Shown piece after piece: positions 53,260-62,441 of a stretch of DNA of 64,000 bases. Each line of letters begins with the position of its first letter. The first letter of the stretch is position 1. Origin of the DNA: Vicinamibacterales bacterium. Its GTDB lineage: Bacteria; Acidobacteriota; Vicinamibacteria; Vicinamibacterales; 2-12-FULL-66-21. Under the pieces are notes generated by a model. That model worked only from the letters and a program-made list of their open reading frames with translations. It did no database searches and was not told the origin of the DNA. The DNA lies in assembly GCA_036257535.1 (NCBI GenBank), contig DATAFJ010000070.1, positions 1,595 through 65,594 on the forward strand, in the 5' to 3' direction. The position numbers and the translations under genes were made by a program.

Positions 53260-53547
53260 TCATCGTTCCCCCGATCGCAGATCGACAGGTTCCTTGTCGA
53301 CCGTCGCCGCGCGTTCCACTTCGATCGTGCAGTCGTTGGCGATCGCGATGATGGCGCCGATTGCCGCGAGCGCCGGCGCGAAGACAGCCCCCACGACGCC
53401 GGCCGTCAGCGGGAATTCCGCGACCGTGCGCCCGCCCTGTCGTACGGCAACCCGTCGGACGTTCCCTTCGTGCACGAGCTGCCTGAGTTTCTCGAAAAGC
53501 TCGTTTCCCTGCGCATTGATCGTTTCCCAGAACGTCGTTTCGCCCAT
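53260..53547 (-). CDS. DUF4342 domain protein
   Basis: Start trimmed to the ATG at 53547, because the 53649 start would overlap pcaD by 53 nt. TFWETINAQGNELFEKLRQLVHEGNVRRVAVRQGGRTVAEFPLTAGV is typical of DUF4342. Confidence 0.65.
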   Translation of the reverse strand: MGETTFWETINAQGNELFEKLRQLVHEGNVRRVAVRQGGRTVAEFPLTAGVVGAVFAPALAAIGAIIAIANDCTIEVERAATVDKEPVDLRSGER

Positions 53548-53596
53548 GGCGCTCCTCAGACCATTCTGACGCGTCTGCCGCCTCTGGAGTTCCGTT

Positions 53597-54370
53597 TCAG
53601 AGGAACCTTTCCAGAAGGTCAGCGAACGGTCGCGGATACTCGGTCGCACTCAGATGCCCCGACCCTGGAATGACGGCGAGCGCGGCGCCCGGAATGGCAT
53701 CGGTGAGCGCCTGGGCCCAGGAAACCGGCACTGCTTCGTCTGCGTCTCCACATATGACGAGCGTCGGACAGCGAATCTGTTTCAGCCGCTGCTGATAGTC
53801 GAGCGAGGCGATCGCATCACAGCAGGCGGCGTAGCCTCGGGCGTCGGCTGCCAGCACGGTCTGTCGCGTTCGCGATAGCGCATCGTCGCCGGATGCGAGA
53901 AAAGCCGGCGAGAAAGATCGCCGGAGGATGAAGTCGACAAGCGCCGGCATGCCGTCGGTTCGCGCGGTCGTGCCACGCTCGATCCAGCCGCGGCGGAGAT
54001 CGTCGGGATACGTGCTCGCCGTGTTCGCGACGACCAGGCGCGCGATGCGGCCCGGATGGCGAATCGCAAGCCCCAGTCCGATCATCCCGCCGAGCGACAA
54101 GCCGACCCATGACACGCGTTCGTGCTTCAGCTCGTCGATGAGCCGCTCCGCGTCGTCCACGAGATCGTCCAGCGTGAACGGCGATTGGATCAGGTCGCTG
54201 CGTCCGTGGTTCCGCGTGTCGTACCGAACGACTGTCCACCTTTCTTCGATGGAGGTGGTGATCTGGCCCCACATGTGCAGGTCGAGGCCGAGCGCGTGGC
54301 TGAAGACGACAGGCGGACCCGCGCCGCTGACGACGTAGTGCAGAGAGGGGCGAGATGCGGTGAAGGGCAT
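53597..54370 (-). CDS. pcaD: 3-oxoadipate enol-lactonase
   Basis: 257 aa alpha/beta hydrolase with the GLSLGG nucleophile elbow. Sits in a pcaHGBC context. Confidence 0.8.
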   Translation of the reverse strand: MPFTASRPSLHYVVSGAGPPVVFSHALGLDLHMWGQITTSIEERWTVVRYDTRNHGRSDLIQSPFTLDDLVDDAERLIDELKHERVSWVGLSLGGMIGLGLAIRHPGRIARLVVANTASTYPDDLRRGWIERGTTARTDGMPALVDFILRRSFSPAFLASGDDALSRTRQTVLAADARGYAACCDAIASLDYQQRLKQIRCPTLVICGDADEAVPVSWAQALTDAIPGAALAVIPGSGHLSATEYPRPFADLLERFL

Positions 54371-54378
54371 GGACGACC

Positions 54379-54801
54379 CTAAAGCGTCGTACCACCCGAC
54401 CGGGTCGTACCTCCCGATTGCTGCGACATGATCGCCTCCGCGCGGTTGAAGGCTGTGTGCGCGGCGGGTACCCCGCAGTAGACCAGCGACTGCAGGAGGA
54501 CTTCTTTCAGCGTATCAGCCGGTACGCCGTGATCGAGCGCCGCGCGGAAGTGCAGATCGAACTCCTCCCATCGCCCCAGCGCGATCGTGAATGCGAGGAC
54601 CAGCAGCCGCCGTGTTTCGTCAGGGAGGCCGGGGCGGGTCCAGATCTCGTTCCACGCGAATCGGGTTATGAGCGACTGAAGATCGGCGTTGAACGCGGTC
54701 CGGTTGGCGAGCGCGCGGTCGACCCACTCGTCGCCGAGAATCTCACGACGCCGCTTCAGTCCACGTTCGAAGGCTGCGTCACGATCGTCTGGCACGCTCA
54801 T
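54379..54801 (-). CDS. pcaC: 4-carboxymuconolactone decarboxylase
   Basis: The real gene is the C-terminal 140 aa of the 451-aa track ORF, with ATG verified at 54801. CMD-domain features (RFAWNEIWTRPGL, LLQSLVYCGVPAA). Confidence 0.8.
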   Translation of the reverse strand: MSVPDDRDAAFERGLKRRREILGDEWVDRALANRTAFNADLQSLITRFAWNEIWTRPGLPDETRRLLVLAFTIALGRWEEFDLHFRAALDHGVPADTLKEVLLQSLVYCGVPAAHTAFNRAEAIMSQQSGGTTRSGGTTL

Positions 54802-55988
54802 CGGAAGGTTCCTTCTTCGCTCAAGATGTTCATCGTCGCCCGCGCGGCCGCCGACACGGCAGCCTGTCGATCGAAAGTGAGGGGCGACGGCTGCCCGGAT
54901 TCCGCAACCGAGGCAGCTGCCTGTTCGATGTTCCGCGAGGCCCGGCCGGCGTTGAACGTCACGCCTTCGAGGAGATCCGCGAGCGTGTCGATCGCGCCGA
55001 CGGCATAGCTCACGAGCGACGGCGCAATCGCGAGCTCCGCCTGCCAGCTTCCCAGCCCGCGTTCGTGCTCCGAGTCCATCGTGCCGAGCACGGCGGCCGA
55101 CAATCCCTGGACGACGTGACCGCAGCCGCGGATGCGCATGCACATCACCGGGTTGCGCTTGTGCGGCATGGCCGACGAGAGGCCGCCGGCGGCGGAGGGC
55201 TCGTCGATTTCGGCCACTTCCGTCTGGTTCATCAACGCCAGGTCGCCGGCGATCTTGACTGCGACGCCGGTCGTCAGCGCGAGCTGGACGAGCAGATTGG
55301 ACGTCGCATCGCGCGGGACCTGCCAGCGGGCCGCAGACAGACCCAGTTCTCCGGCCACGAGCGTTTGAATCTCGCTCCATTGATCGCCCAGGCCAAGCCC
55401 CGTGCCGATGGCACCGGCGAGCTGCAGGGAGAGGCCGCTCCCGGCGGCGGCAGTCAGGCGCGACTCGCAGCCGCGAAGCGAAACGCCCCACTGCGCCGAC
55501 TTGAATCCAAACGTCGTGATTCCCGCCGCCTGCAGGAGTGTTCGCGCGAGCACGGGCGCCTCTGCATGCGTCTGCGCCAGACCGAACGCCGCTGTTCGCG
55601 CGCGCTCCAGCGCCGACCGTGCGAGCTTCACACAAGGCTGCAGGCAGAGGGCCGTTGCGGTGTCGAGCGCATCCTGAGAGGTCGCGCCGATGTGAACGTA
55701 TTGGCCGGCGCCCGCGGTCCGGTACTCCACGCACGATCTCAGCTGGTCGAGAATTTCTACGACCGGCGTACCGGCGCGGTGGCCCCCCGCAACGATTGAC
55801 TCGAGATCCGGGCGGTAGTCCGCGACGGCGGACTCGATCGCCCGCATCGCCGGGGACGGGATCAGCCCGATCGACGCCTGCGCGCGAGCGAGCGCAAGCT
55901 CGAAACGCACGATGGCCGCGACATAGGCCTCTGGTGACAGGTATGCATCGCAGGCGGTGCCGGTCAGGATGACCCCGGGAAGCGTCAT
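54798..55988 (-). CDS. pcaB: 3-carboxy-cis,cis-muconate cycloisomerase
   Basis: Start trimmed to the ATG at 55988 (ATGA overlaps at both ends). Fumarate-lyase family motifs HIGATSQDALDT and SSAMPHKRNP. Confidence 0.85.
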   Translation of the reverse strand: MTLPGVILTGTACDAYLSPEAYVAAIVRFELALARAQASIGLIPSPAMRAIESAVADYRPDLESIVAGGHRAGTPVVEILDQLRSCVEYRTAGAGQYVHIGATSQDALDTATALCLQPCVKLARSALERARTAAFGLAQTHAEAPVLARTLLQAAGITTFGFKSAQWGVSLRGCESRLTAAAGSGLSLQLAGAIGTGLGLGDQWSEIQTLVAGELGLSAARWQVPRDATSNLLVQLALTTGVAVKIAGDLALMNQTEVAEIDEPSAAGGLSSAMPHKRNPVMCMRIRGCGHVVQGLSAAVLGTMDSEHERGLGSWQAELAIAPSLVSYAVGAIDTLADLLEGVTFNAGRASRNIEQAAASVAESGQPSPLTFDRQAAVSAAARATMNILSEEGTFR

Positions 55989-56512
55989 CTCAGGTCGAAG
56001 AAGACGGTCTCGCCCTCGCCCTGGAGGCGAATCGACCACTCGAGCGTTCGGGTGCTGGTGTCGACCCGCGAGGGCAGCAGCGTCGCGAGGCGGCCGGTCG
56101 GAACCGTTCGCAGTTCTTCGCGCGCGGCGACGCGTTCGGGGGAGTCGTCCACGTACAAGCGCGTTCGAAGTTCGGCGAGGAGGCCGCGCGCGAACACTGT
56201 GATGTGCGCGACGGCCGGTTCGTTCGCAGGACGACGGATGGTGAACGTATAGCGGCCGTCGGAGGAAGTATAGACGCGCTGCAGGTCGTCCGGAATGCAC
56301 TCAGCGGGTGATGGCGGACGGCCCGGCTGCCAGACCTCGAGGAGCGCATCGGGCACGCCCGCGCCGTTGCCGTCGGTCACGATTCCTTCAACGAGCCACT
56401 CATGCTCGTCACGTTTCGCGTCAGTCGGCCGATCGCGAACGAGCCACTCGAGGCCTTCGTGGAAAAACGGCCCGATCGTTTGCGACGGCGTCAGCGGCCT
56501 TTCCGGGTCCAT
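55985..56512 (-). CDS. pcaG: protocatechuate 3,4-dioxygenase alpha subunit
   Basis: 175 aa. N-terminal LTPSQTIGPFF is typical of the alpha chain. Adjacent to the beta chain. Confidence 0.85.
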   Translation of the reverse strand: MDPERPLTPSQTIGPFFHEGLEWLVRDRPTDAKRDEHEWLVEGIVTDGNGAGVPDALLEVWQPGRPPSPAECIPDDLQRVYTSSDGRYTFTIRRPANEPAVAHITVFARGLLAELRTRLYVDDSPERVAAREELRTVPTGRLATLLPSRVDTSTRTLEWSIRLQGEGETVFFDLR

Positions 56513-56514
56513 GC

Positions 56515-57210
56515 TCAGTCTCTATGATCCGCGGCTTCGAAGGGCGTCGAGCCGCGACCGTCGAGCACGACGTCGAATCGATAGCCGAGGGCGGCCCCCT
56601 CGATGGCGAGCGGCAGATCGAATCGTGAGATGAGCCGGTCGCGCGCCCCGGCGGGCACGCTGTTGATGATCGGATCGAGCGCCAGGAGCGGGTCACCAGG
56701 AAAGTACATCTGGGTGATCAACCGCTGGGCGTAGCTCCTGCCGAAGAGCGAGAAGTGGATGTGCGCGGGACGCCACGCCTTCGGGTGGTTCTCCCACGGA
56801 TAGGGTCCGGGCTTGATGGTGATGAACCGATACCAGCCGTTTTCGTCGGTGAGCATCCGCCCGACGCCGCGGAAGTGCGGGTCGATCGGCGCGTGATGTC
56901 GATCGGCCGCATCGCGGTACCGCCCGGCGGCGTTGCATTGCCAGATTTCGACGAGCGAATCGCGCACGGGACGGCCGGTCGAGTCGAGAATACGGCCCGC
57001 GACGACGATTCGTTCGCCGAGCGGTTCGGCAGTTGACTGGCGTGTCAGGTCCGCGTCGGTATCCGCGAAGCGCGCACCGCTGAAGTCCGGCACGGCCAGC
57101 TCGTCCTCGCCGATGTCGAGCGCGACCGGCGCCTCGCGCGGCGCGCGCAGCACCGTGCTTTTGTAGTCGGGGTAGAGCAGCGGCGGGTGCACGTCTCTTC
57201 TGGCGCGCAT
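56515..57210 (-). CDS. pcaH: protocatechuate 3,4-dioxygenase beta subunit
   Basis: 231 aa. Intradiol dioxygenase core VEIWQCNAAGRY..WRPAHIHFSLFG. Confidence 0.9.
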   Translation of the reverse strand: MRARRDVHPPLLYPDYKSTVLRAPREAPVALDIGEDELAVPDFSGARFADTDADLTRQSTAEPLGERIVVAGRILDSTGRPVRDSLVEIWQCNAAGRYRDAADRHHAPIDPHFRGVGRMLTDENGWYRFITIKPGPYPWENHPKAWRPAHIHFSLFGRSYAQRLITQMYFPGDPLLALDPIINSVPAGARDRLISRFDLPLAIEGAALGYRFDVVLDGRGSTPFEAADHRD

Positions 57211-57255
57211 CGCGGTGCAGTATACATGTTAGTCTGGGCGCCGCAGAGACGCGGA

Positions 57256-58347
57256 ATGAACGCAATCCGCGCGGAAACCATCGGCAGCCTGCTCCGGCCG
57301 GACTATCTGAAGGCCGCGCGCGACGAGCTCGAGCGCGGCGCAGTCACGCCGGGCGCATTCAAGCGCATCGAGGACCGCGCTGTCGACGAAGCGGTCGCTC
57401 TCCAGGAATCGGCCGGCCTCGACGTCGTCACCGACGGCGAGCAGCGGCGCTACGCGTTTTTCGGCCATCTCATCGACGCGCTCGAAGGCTTCGACAGGTC
57501 CGCGGGGTGGGCGATCCCGTTCCGCGACGAGAACGGGCGCGAAGTCACGCTCCAGCGGCCCGTCGTGGTGGAGAAGCTCCGCTGGCGTCGGCAGATGGCG
57601 GTCGAGGAGTTCACCTACCTTCGCGGCCGCACGCGCCGGCCCGTGAAGGTCACACTCGTCAGCGCGCAGCAGGCGGCTGCATACTACGACCCAGACAAGT
57701 CGCGCGGCGCGTACTCCACGCGGGACGCCTACCTCGCAGACCTCGTAGACTTCACGCGCCGCGAGATCGAGGAGTTGCGCCGTCTGGGTTGCGAGTACGT
57801 GCAGATCGACGCGCCACAGTACGCCGCTCTGCTCGACGAATCAATCCGCGAGGGCTATCGCAAGCGCGGGAGCGATCCCGACAGGATGCTCGACGCCTGC
57901 GTCGAGCTCGACAACGCGATCATCGACGGCCATCCGGGCATGATGTTCGGCATTCACATCTGCCGCGGCAACTACCAGAGCATGTTTTACGCATCCGGCG
58001 GCTACGACCGGATCGCGCAGAAAGTCTTCACCCGCGCGCGCTTTCACCGTTTCCTGCTCGAGTACGACGATGCGCGGTCGGGGACGTTCGAGCCGCTCAG
58101 GCACGTCCCTGACGACCGGATAGTGGTGCTCGGGCTCGTCAGCTCGAAAAAACCGCGCCTCGAAACGCCGGAGGAATTGAAGGTTCGTATCGACGAGGCC
58201 GCTCGCATCGTCCCGCTCGAGCGGCTCGCGCTCAGCCCGCAGTGCGGGTTCGCATCCACGTCGGAAGGCAACCGTCTGTCAACGGAGGATCAACGTCAAA
58301 AGCTCGACGTCGTGGGCCGCACCGCCCAGGCGGTGTGGTCGCCATGA
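57256..58347 (+). CDS. cobalamin-independent methionine synthase (MetE C-terminal domain) family protein
   Basis: Start trimmed to the ATG at 57256 (MNAIRAETIGSLLRPDYL). Meth_synt_2-like features HICRGN and LSPQCGF. Confidence 0.75.
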   Translation: MNAIRAETIGSLLRPDYLKAARDELERGAVTPGAFKRIEDRAVDEAVALQESAGLDVVTDGEQRRYAFFGHLIDALEGFDRSAGWAIPFRDENGREVTLQRPVVVEKLRWRRQMAVEEFTYLRGRTRRPVKVTLVSAQQAAAYYDPDKSRGAYSTRDAYLADLVDFTRREIEELRRLGCEYVQIDAPQYAALLDESIREGYRKRGSDPDRMLDACVELDNAIIDGHPGMMFGIHICRGNYQSMFYASGGYDRIAQKVFTRARFHRFLLEYDDARSGTFEPLRHVPDDRIVVLGLVSSKKPRLETPEELKVRIDEAARIVPLERLALSPQCGFASTSEGNRLSTEDQRQKLDVVGRTAQAVWSP

Positions 58348-58363
58348 GAAAGGAGTCATCCCG

Positions 58364-61312
58364 ATGGTTCCAGCGATGACCCGCGTACTGGTGCTGTCGT
58401 GCGTCCTGGCGTCGATGGTGTCGAACCTGGAGGCGCAAACCGCGACCGGAACGCTGTCGGGCGTCATTCGCGACACCACAGGGGCGGTGATGCCCGGCGT
58501 TGCCGTGACCGCGAAGAACGCGGCGACCGGCGTGTCGCGCACGGTGGCGAGCGATGCCGAAGGCCGCTATCGCATCGTGAACCTCGAGCCGGGGGCATAC
58601 GAGGTCAGGGCGGAGCTTGCCGGGTTCCGCACCGCCGCAACGAGGGGGGTCGCGGTTCTCGTCGGCGGGACGACGGAACTCGACTTGACGATGTCGGTGG
58701 GTCAGCTTGCCGAGGAGGTGACGGTCGCGACGGAACCGCAGTTGATCGAGTTGTCCAAGACGGAGCTCAGTCGCGTCGTGAGCAGCGAGGAGATCGAATC
58801 GCTGCCGATCAGCGGCCGCAACTTCGTGGACTTCGTGAAGCTGTCGAGCGGCGTGACGCTCGGCCGGGAGAACGTGGGCGGCGGCGCGTTCAAGGAGCCG
58901 GACGTTGGGGTCGGGTCGGCCGCAGCCCCGCGGCTGTCGTTTGGCGGACAGCCGGAGCTGAACACGCAGATCCAGGTGGACGGCGCCGACAACGTGCAGA
59001 CGTTCACCGGGCTTCCGCGCGCGACGCCGTCGCAGGAGGCGGCACGGGAGTTCCGCGTGCTCAACTCGACGTATCTCGCGGAGTACGGGCGCGCGCTGGG
59101 CGGGTTCGTGAACATCGTGACGAAGTCGGGCACGAACCGGAGGAGCGGGTCGGCGTACTACTTCGGCATGTCAGACGCGTTCGCGGCTCGATCGATCCTC
59201 AACCGGCCCGGAGAAGATGAACTGGGGCAGCATCAGTTCGGCGGCACGTTCGGCGGGCCGATCACCCCGGATCGGACGTTCTTCTTCGCGAACTACGAGG
59301 GGCAGATTCGCGAGCAGTCGAACCGCTTCTCGCAGGTCGTTCTGGACAATCTCGTTCTGCTGAACGCTGTGCGGGTGCCGCTCGGGCTGCGTGCCGAGAC
59401 GACCGACCAGGTCCTCGACAACGCGTACCACTCGTTTCTCGTGAAGGCCGACCATCATCCCAGCGGGAACCACACGCTGTCGGTCCGCTACAACTTCCTC
59501 GACTCGGACACGGAGAATTTCCTCGGCGGTGGCGGACGCGCGTCGCCGACGTCGAGCACCGCGCGCGACAACGAGACGCGCGATCAGGCTCTCGTTGCCA
59601 GCGTCGTGTCGGTCCTGTCGGCAACGCTCGTGAACGAGGGCCGGTTTCAGTTCGCCCGGCGCACGTTCGACTTCTCGGCGCGCTTCAACGAGCCGTCGCT
59701 CGACGTCTCGAACTTCATCATCATGGGAAAGAGCACGTCCGACGTGGACTACTACGCCGAGACGCGTGTCCAGCTGGCCGACAGCGTGACCTGGACGACA
59801 GGCGCGCATCAGGTCAAAGGCGGCATCGACATCAACATCCTGGGGAACGACTCGGTGTGGAACCTGTTTTTCCCGGCGCGGATCGTGTTCCCGAATCTTG
59901 CCGCCTTCCAGACGTTCTCGCCCGTGGTGTTCTGGTGGCCCTTTCTCGCGACCGCTACCTCCTATCCAGGCATCAGCACGTCCTGGACCCAGGCGGTGCC
60001 GTCTGACTGGGTCGACGAGACCGAGTTCAGCTTCGATCACAGTTCGTATGGATTCTTCGTGCAGGATCAGTGGAAGGCGTCCGAGCGGCTGACAGTGAGC
60101 TACGGCATCCGCTACGACCTCGAGAATTACCCGTCCCGATACGTCTCCGAGGGCGACTACAACAACTTCCAGCCGCGCGCCGGCGCCGCCTACGCGTACA
60201 GCGACCGCGGCGTGGTTCGCGCGGGGTGGGGCATCTTCCACGACCGCCTCGCGAGCAGCATCGGCCAGCTGTTCAACGCGACCGAGTGGTCGAGCGGCGG
60301 TAACCTGGCCAACTCGCAGGCGCTCTTTCCGACGATCGCGCCCATCCAGGGCCGCTTCGAACAGCGCACGGTCGGCGGTCCGGCGGCGCGGCCCGCGGCG
60401 CTCGCGTTTCTCGCGAACGGAACCGTCCCCGCCGCAGGCACGAAGGGGCTCGCCGACACGATCGACGGCGCGCTCGACACGCCGTACAGCCACCAGGCCA
60501 GTGTGCAGATCTCGCAGGAGGTCGGACCCGGCTGGGCCCTGTCAGCTTCGTATCTCTACGTCGGGGCGCGCGATCTGATCGGTCATACCGGCAATCTGAA
60601 CGCGGTCCAGACTGGCACGCTGCCGACCGGCAAGCCCATTATCGGCGGCCGCATGTTCCCGGAGGTGGGCGCGATTTTCGTCCAGACCAACACAGGAGAG
60701 TCGTCTCATCACGGCGGGACGTTCGAGGTCCAGAGGCGGCTTGCCGATGGGTACAGCCTCCACGGGAGCTACACCATCTCGCGGACGCGGACCAACGTGG
60801 ACTCGCTCGCCAACCTGTCGGACATCCCGGAGTATCTGGACGTCGACGCCGAGCGCGGTCCTTCGCGGCAGGACGTCACGCACCGATTCACGCTCTCAGC
60901 GCTCAGCCAGCTGTCCGACACGCTGCCCGTCGTCGGACGCATCCGGCTGAGCGGCGTCGTGACGATCGAGAGCGGCCGCCACTACAACATCTTCATCGGG
61001 GGCGATTCGAACGCCGACGGGAATCCCAACACCGACCGGCCGTGCTGCGTCGGCCGCAACTCGTACGAAGGGCCCGGCTACGCGAGCGTCGACGTGCGCG
61101 TCGCGCGGGAGTTCGCGCTCAACGATCGCGCCCGGCTCGACGTCAGCCTCGATCTGTTCAACCTGTTCAATCGCGACAACGTGAAGGACGTCAACACGGT
61201 CTGGGGCGGGATCGACATCAACGTGCCGCCGGCGCCGCAGTTCGGCTTCGGCACGGCGCGCGATATGTTCAACCCGTTTCAGGCACAGATCGGGCTCAAG
61301 TTGAAGTTCTAA
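58364..61312 (+). CDS. TonB-dependent receptor with N-terminal carboxypeptidase-regulatory-like domain
   Basis: 982 aa with AAAGGAG SD and a signal peptide. GTLSGVIRDTTGAVMPGVAVTAKN..GRYRIVNLEPGAYEV (CarboxypepD_reg). Plug region LPISGRNFVDF. Beta-barrel ends in ..GLKLKF. Confidence 0.85.
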   Translation: MVPAMTRVLVLSCVLASMVSNLEAQTATGTLSGVIRDTTGAVMPGVAVTAKNAATGVSRTVASDAEGRYRIVNLEPGAYEVRAELAGFRTAATRGVAVLVGGTTELDLTMSVGQLAEEVTVATEPQLIELSKTELSRVVSSEEIESLPISGRNFVDFVKLSSGVTLGRENVGGGAFKEPDVGVGSAAAPRLSFGGQPELNTQIQVDGADNVQTFTGLPRATPSQEAAREFRVLNSTYLAEYGRALGGFVNIVTKSGTNRRSGSAYYFGMSDAFAARSILNRPGEDELGQHQFGGTFGGPITPDRTFFFANYEGQIREQSNRFSQVVLDNLVLLNAVRVPLGLRAETTDQVLDNAYHSFLVKADHHPSGNHTLSVRYNFLDSDTENFLGGGGRASPTSSTARDNETRDQALVASVVSVLSATLVNEGRFQFARRTFDFSARFNEPSLDVSNFIIMGKSTSDVDYYAETRVQLADSVTWTTGAHQVKGGIDINILGNDSVWNLFFPARIVFPNLAAFQTFSPVVFWWPFLATATSYPGISTSWTQAVPSDWVDETEFSFDHSSYGFFVQDQWKASERLTVSYGIRYDLENYPSRYVSEGDYNNFQPRAGAAYAYSDRGVVRAGWGIFHDRLASSIGQLFNATEWSSGGNLANSQALFPTIAPIQGRFEQRTVGGPAARPAALAFLANGTVPAAGTKGLADTIDGALDTPYSHQASVQISQEVGPGWALSASYLYVGARDLIGHTGNLNAVQTGTLPTGKPIIGGRMFPEVGAIFVQTNTGESSHHGGTFEVQRRLADGYSLHGSYTISRTRTNVDSLANLSDIPEYLDVDAERGPSRQDVTHRFTLSALSQLSDTLPVVGRIRLSGVVTIESGRHYNIFIGGDSNADGNPNTDRPCCVGRNSYEGPGYASVDVRVAREFALNDRARLDVSLDLFNLFNRDNVKDVNTVWGGIDINVPPAPQFGFGTARDMFNPFQAQIGLKLKF

Positions 61313-61336
61313 CGGCAGCCCTAAAGGGCTGCGCTA
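61311..61336. repeat. REP-like hairpin GCAGCCC-TAAA-GGGCTGC (putative bidirectional terminator)
   Basis: Fills the 21-nt gap between convergent genes ending at 61312 (+) and 61334 (-). AACGGCAGCCCTAAAGGGCTGCGCT parallels AACGCAGCCCTGAAGGGCTGCGCT at 2444-2468. Confidence 0.6.
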
Positions 61337-62380
61337 CTTCTTCGTGTACCTCTTCAGCGCTCTCGGGCCGACCTCGGCGCCGTAGACGTTCCCCTGCGCG
61401 TCGGCGGCGACGCCTTCGGCGCCGCTCGTGGCCGACTTGTCGGCGTCGGCGACGGGATCGGGGATGAACGCGATCACCTTGCCGTCCTTCGCGCTGCCGA
61501 TCCGGATGCCGCGCTTCCAGCCCGGATTGCTCTTGGCGTTCGACTCCGAGTCGGCGCCGTAGAGCATGTCGTTCTTGTCGATGTAGATTCCACTCAACCG
61601 GCTGAACTGTTTCCACTCTTCGAGGAACTTGCCATCCTGGTCGAAGATCAGCAGCCGGTTGTTGCCGCGGTCGGCGACGAACAGCCGGCCGCGTGAGTCG
61701 AACGCAATCCCGTGCGGCGTCTTGATCTCGCCCGGTCCCGAACCCCACTTGCCGAACGACTTGATGTACTTGCCATCCTTCGAGAACTTCACGATGCGCG
61801 AGACCGTGCTCGGTGTCGCATCGGAGTTCTGCCCGCTGTGGCCGTCCGCCACGAAGATGTCGCCGTTTGGCGCCGTCGCCACGTCGCACGGCTCGTTGAG
61901 ATGACCCGGCGGGTCGCCCGCCATACCGGCCATGCCGAGCGTCATCAGGACTTTCCCCTCGGGGCTGAACTTGACGACAACGTGCCCTTTGCCGGCGATG
62001 ACTTTCGGGTCGACGTTGCCGAGCGGGATGCTGTCGACGATCCAGACGTTCCCTTCGCGATCGACGTGAATGCCGTGGGGGAATACGAACATGCCGCCGC
62101 CGAAGCTCTTCACGAGCTTGCCGGACGAATCGAACTTGAGGACGACCGGCAGCGTCGAGCCGCCGCAGATGTTGGCGCCGCATCGTTCGGCAACCCAGAT
62201 CGAGCTGCCGTCGGGATCGATGTCGACGGCGCTCGTCGATCCCCAGGTGCGCCCCTCGGGCATCTTCGCCCAGTTCTCGATCGTCTGATACGGATTCGGG
62301 AGGTCATTCGTGGGCTGCGAAGCGCTGGCGATTCCCAGACACGCCGCAAGGGCAACCCACGCGTGCTTACTCCTGTTCAT
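61334..62380 (-). CDS. NHL-repeat six-bladed beta-propeller, peptidyl-alpha-hydroxyglycine alpha-amidating lyase (PAL)-like
   Basis: Start trimmed to the ATG at 62380 (GAGGGAG upstream), with a signal peptide. Blades include FVFPHGIHVDREGNVWIVD, LNEPCDVATAPNGDIFVADGH and IKTPHGIAFDSRGRLFVADRGNNRLLIFD. Confidence 0.75.
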   Translation of the reverse strand: MNRSKHAWVALAACLGIASASQPTNDLPNPYQTIENWAKMPEGRTWGSTSAVDIDPDGSSIWVAERCGANICGGSTLPVVLKFDSSGKLVKSFGGGMFVFPHGIHVDREGNVWIVDSIPLGNVDPKVIAGKGHVVVKFSPEGKVLMTLGMAGMAGDPPGHLNEPCDVATAPNGDIFVADGHSGQNSDATPSTVSRIVKFSKDGKYIKSFGKWGSGPGEIKTPHGIAFDSRGRLFVADRGNNRLLIFDQDGKFLEEWKQFSRLSGIYIDKNDMLYGADSESNAKSNPGWKRGIRIGSAKDGKVIAFIPDPVADADKSATSGAEGVAADAQGNVYGAEVGPRALKRYTKK

Positions 62381-62399
62381 CTGTCTCTCCCTCACGTTA

Positions 62400-62441
62400 G
62401 GCGTTCGGCACTTGGCATTCGGCATTCGGCATTGCGCATTA
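62400..62441. repeat. six tandem heptamers GGCATTC
   Basis: GGCGTTC GGCACTT GGCATTC GGCATTC GGCATTG CGCATTA, in the spacer between the two NHL genes. The last unit contains the upstream gene's stop codon. Confidence 0.85.
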
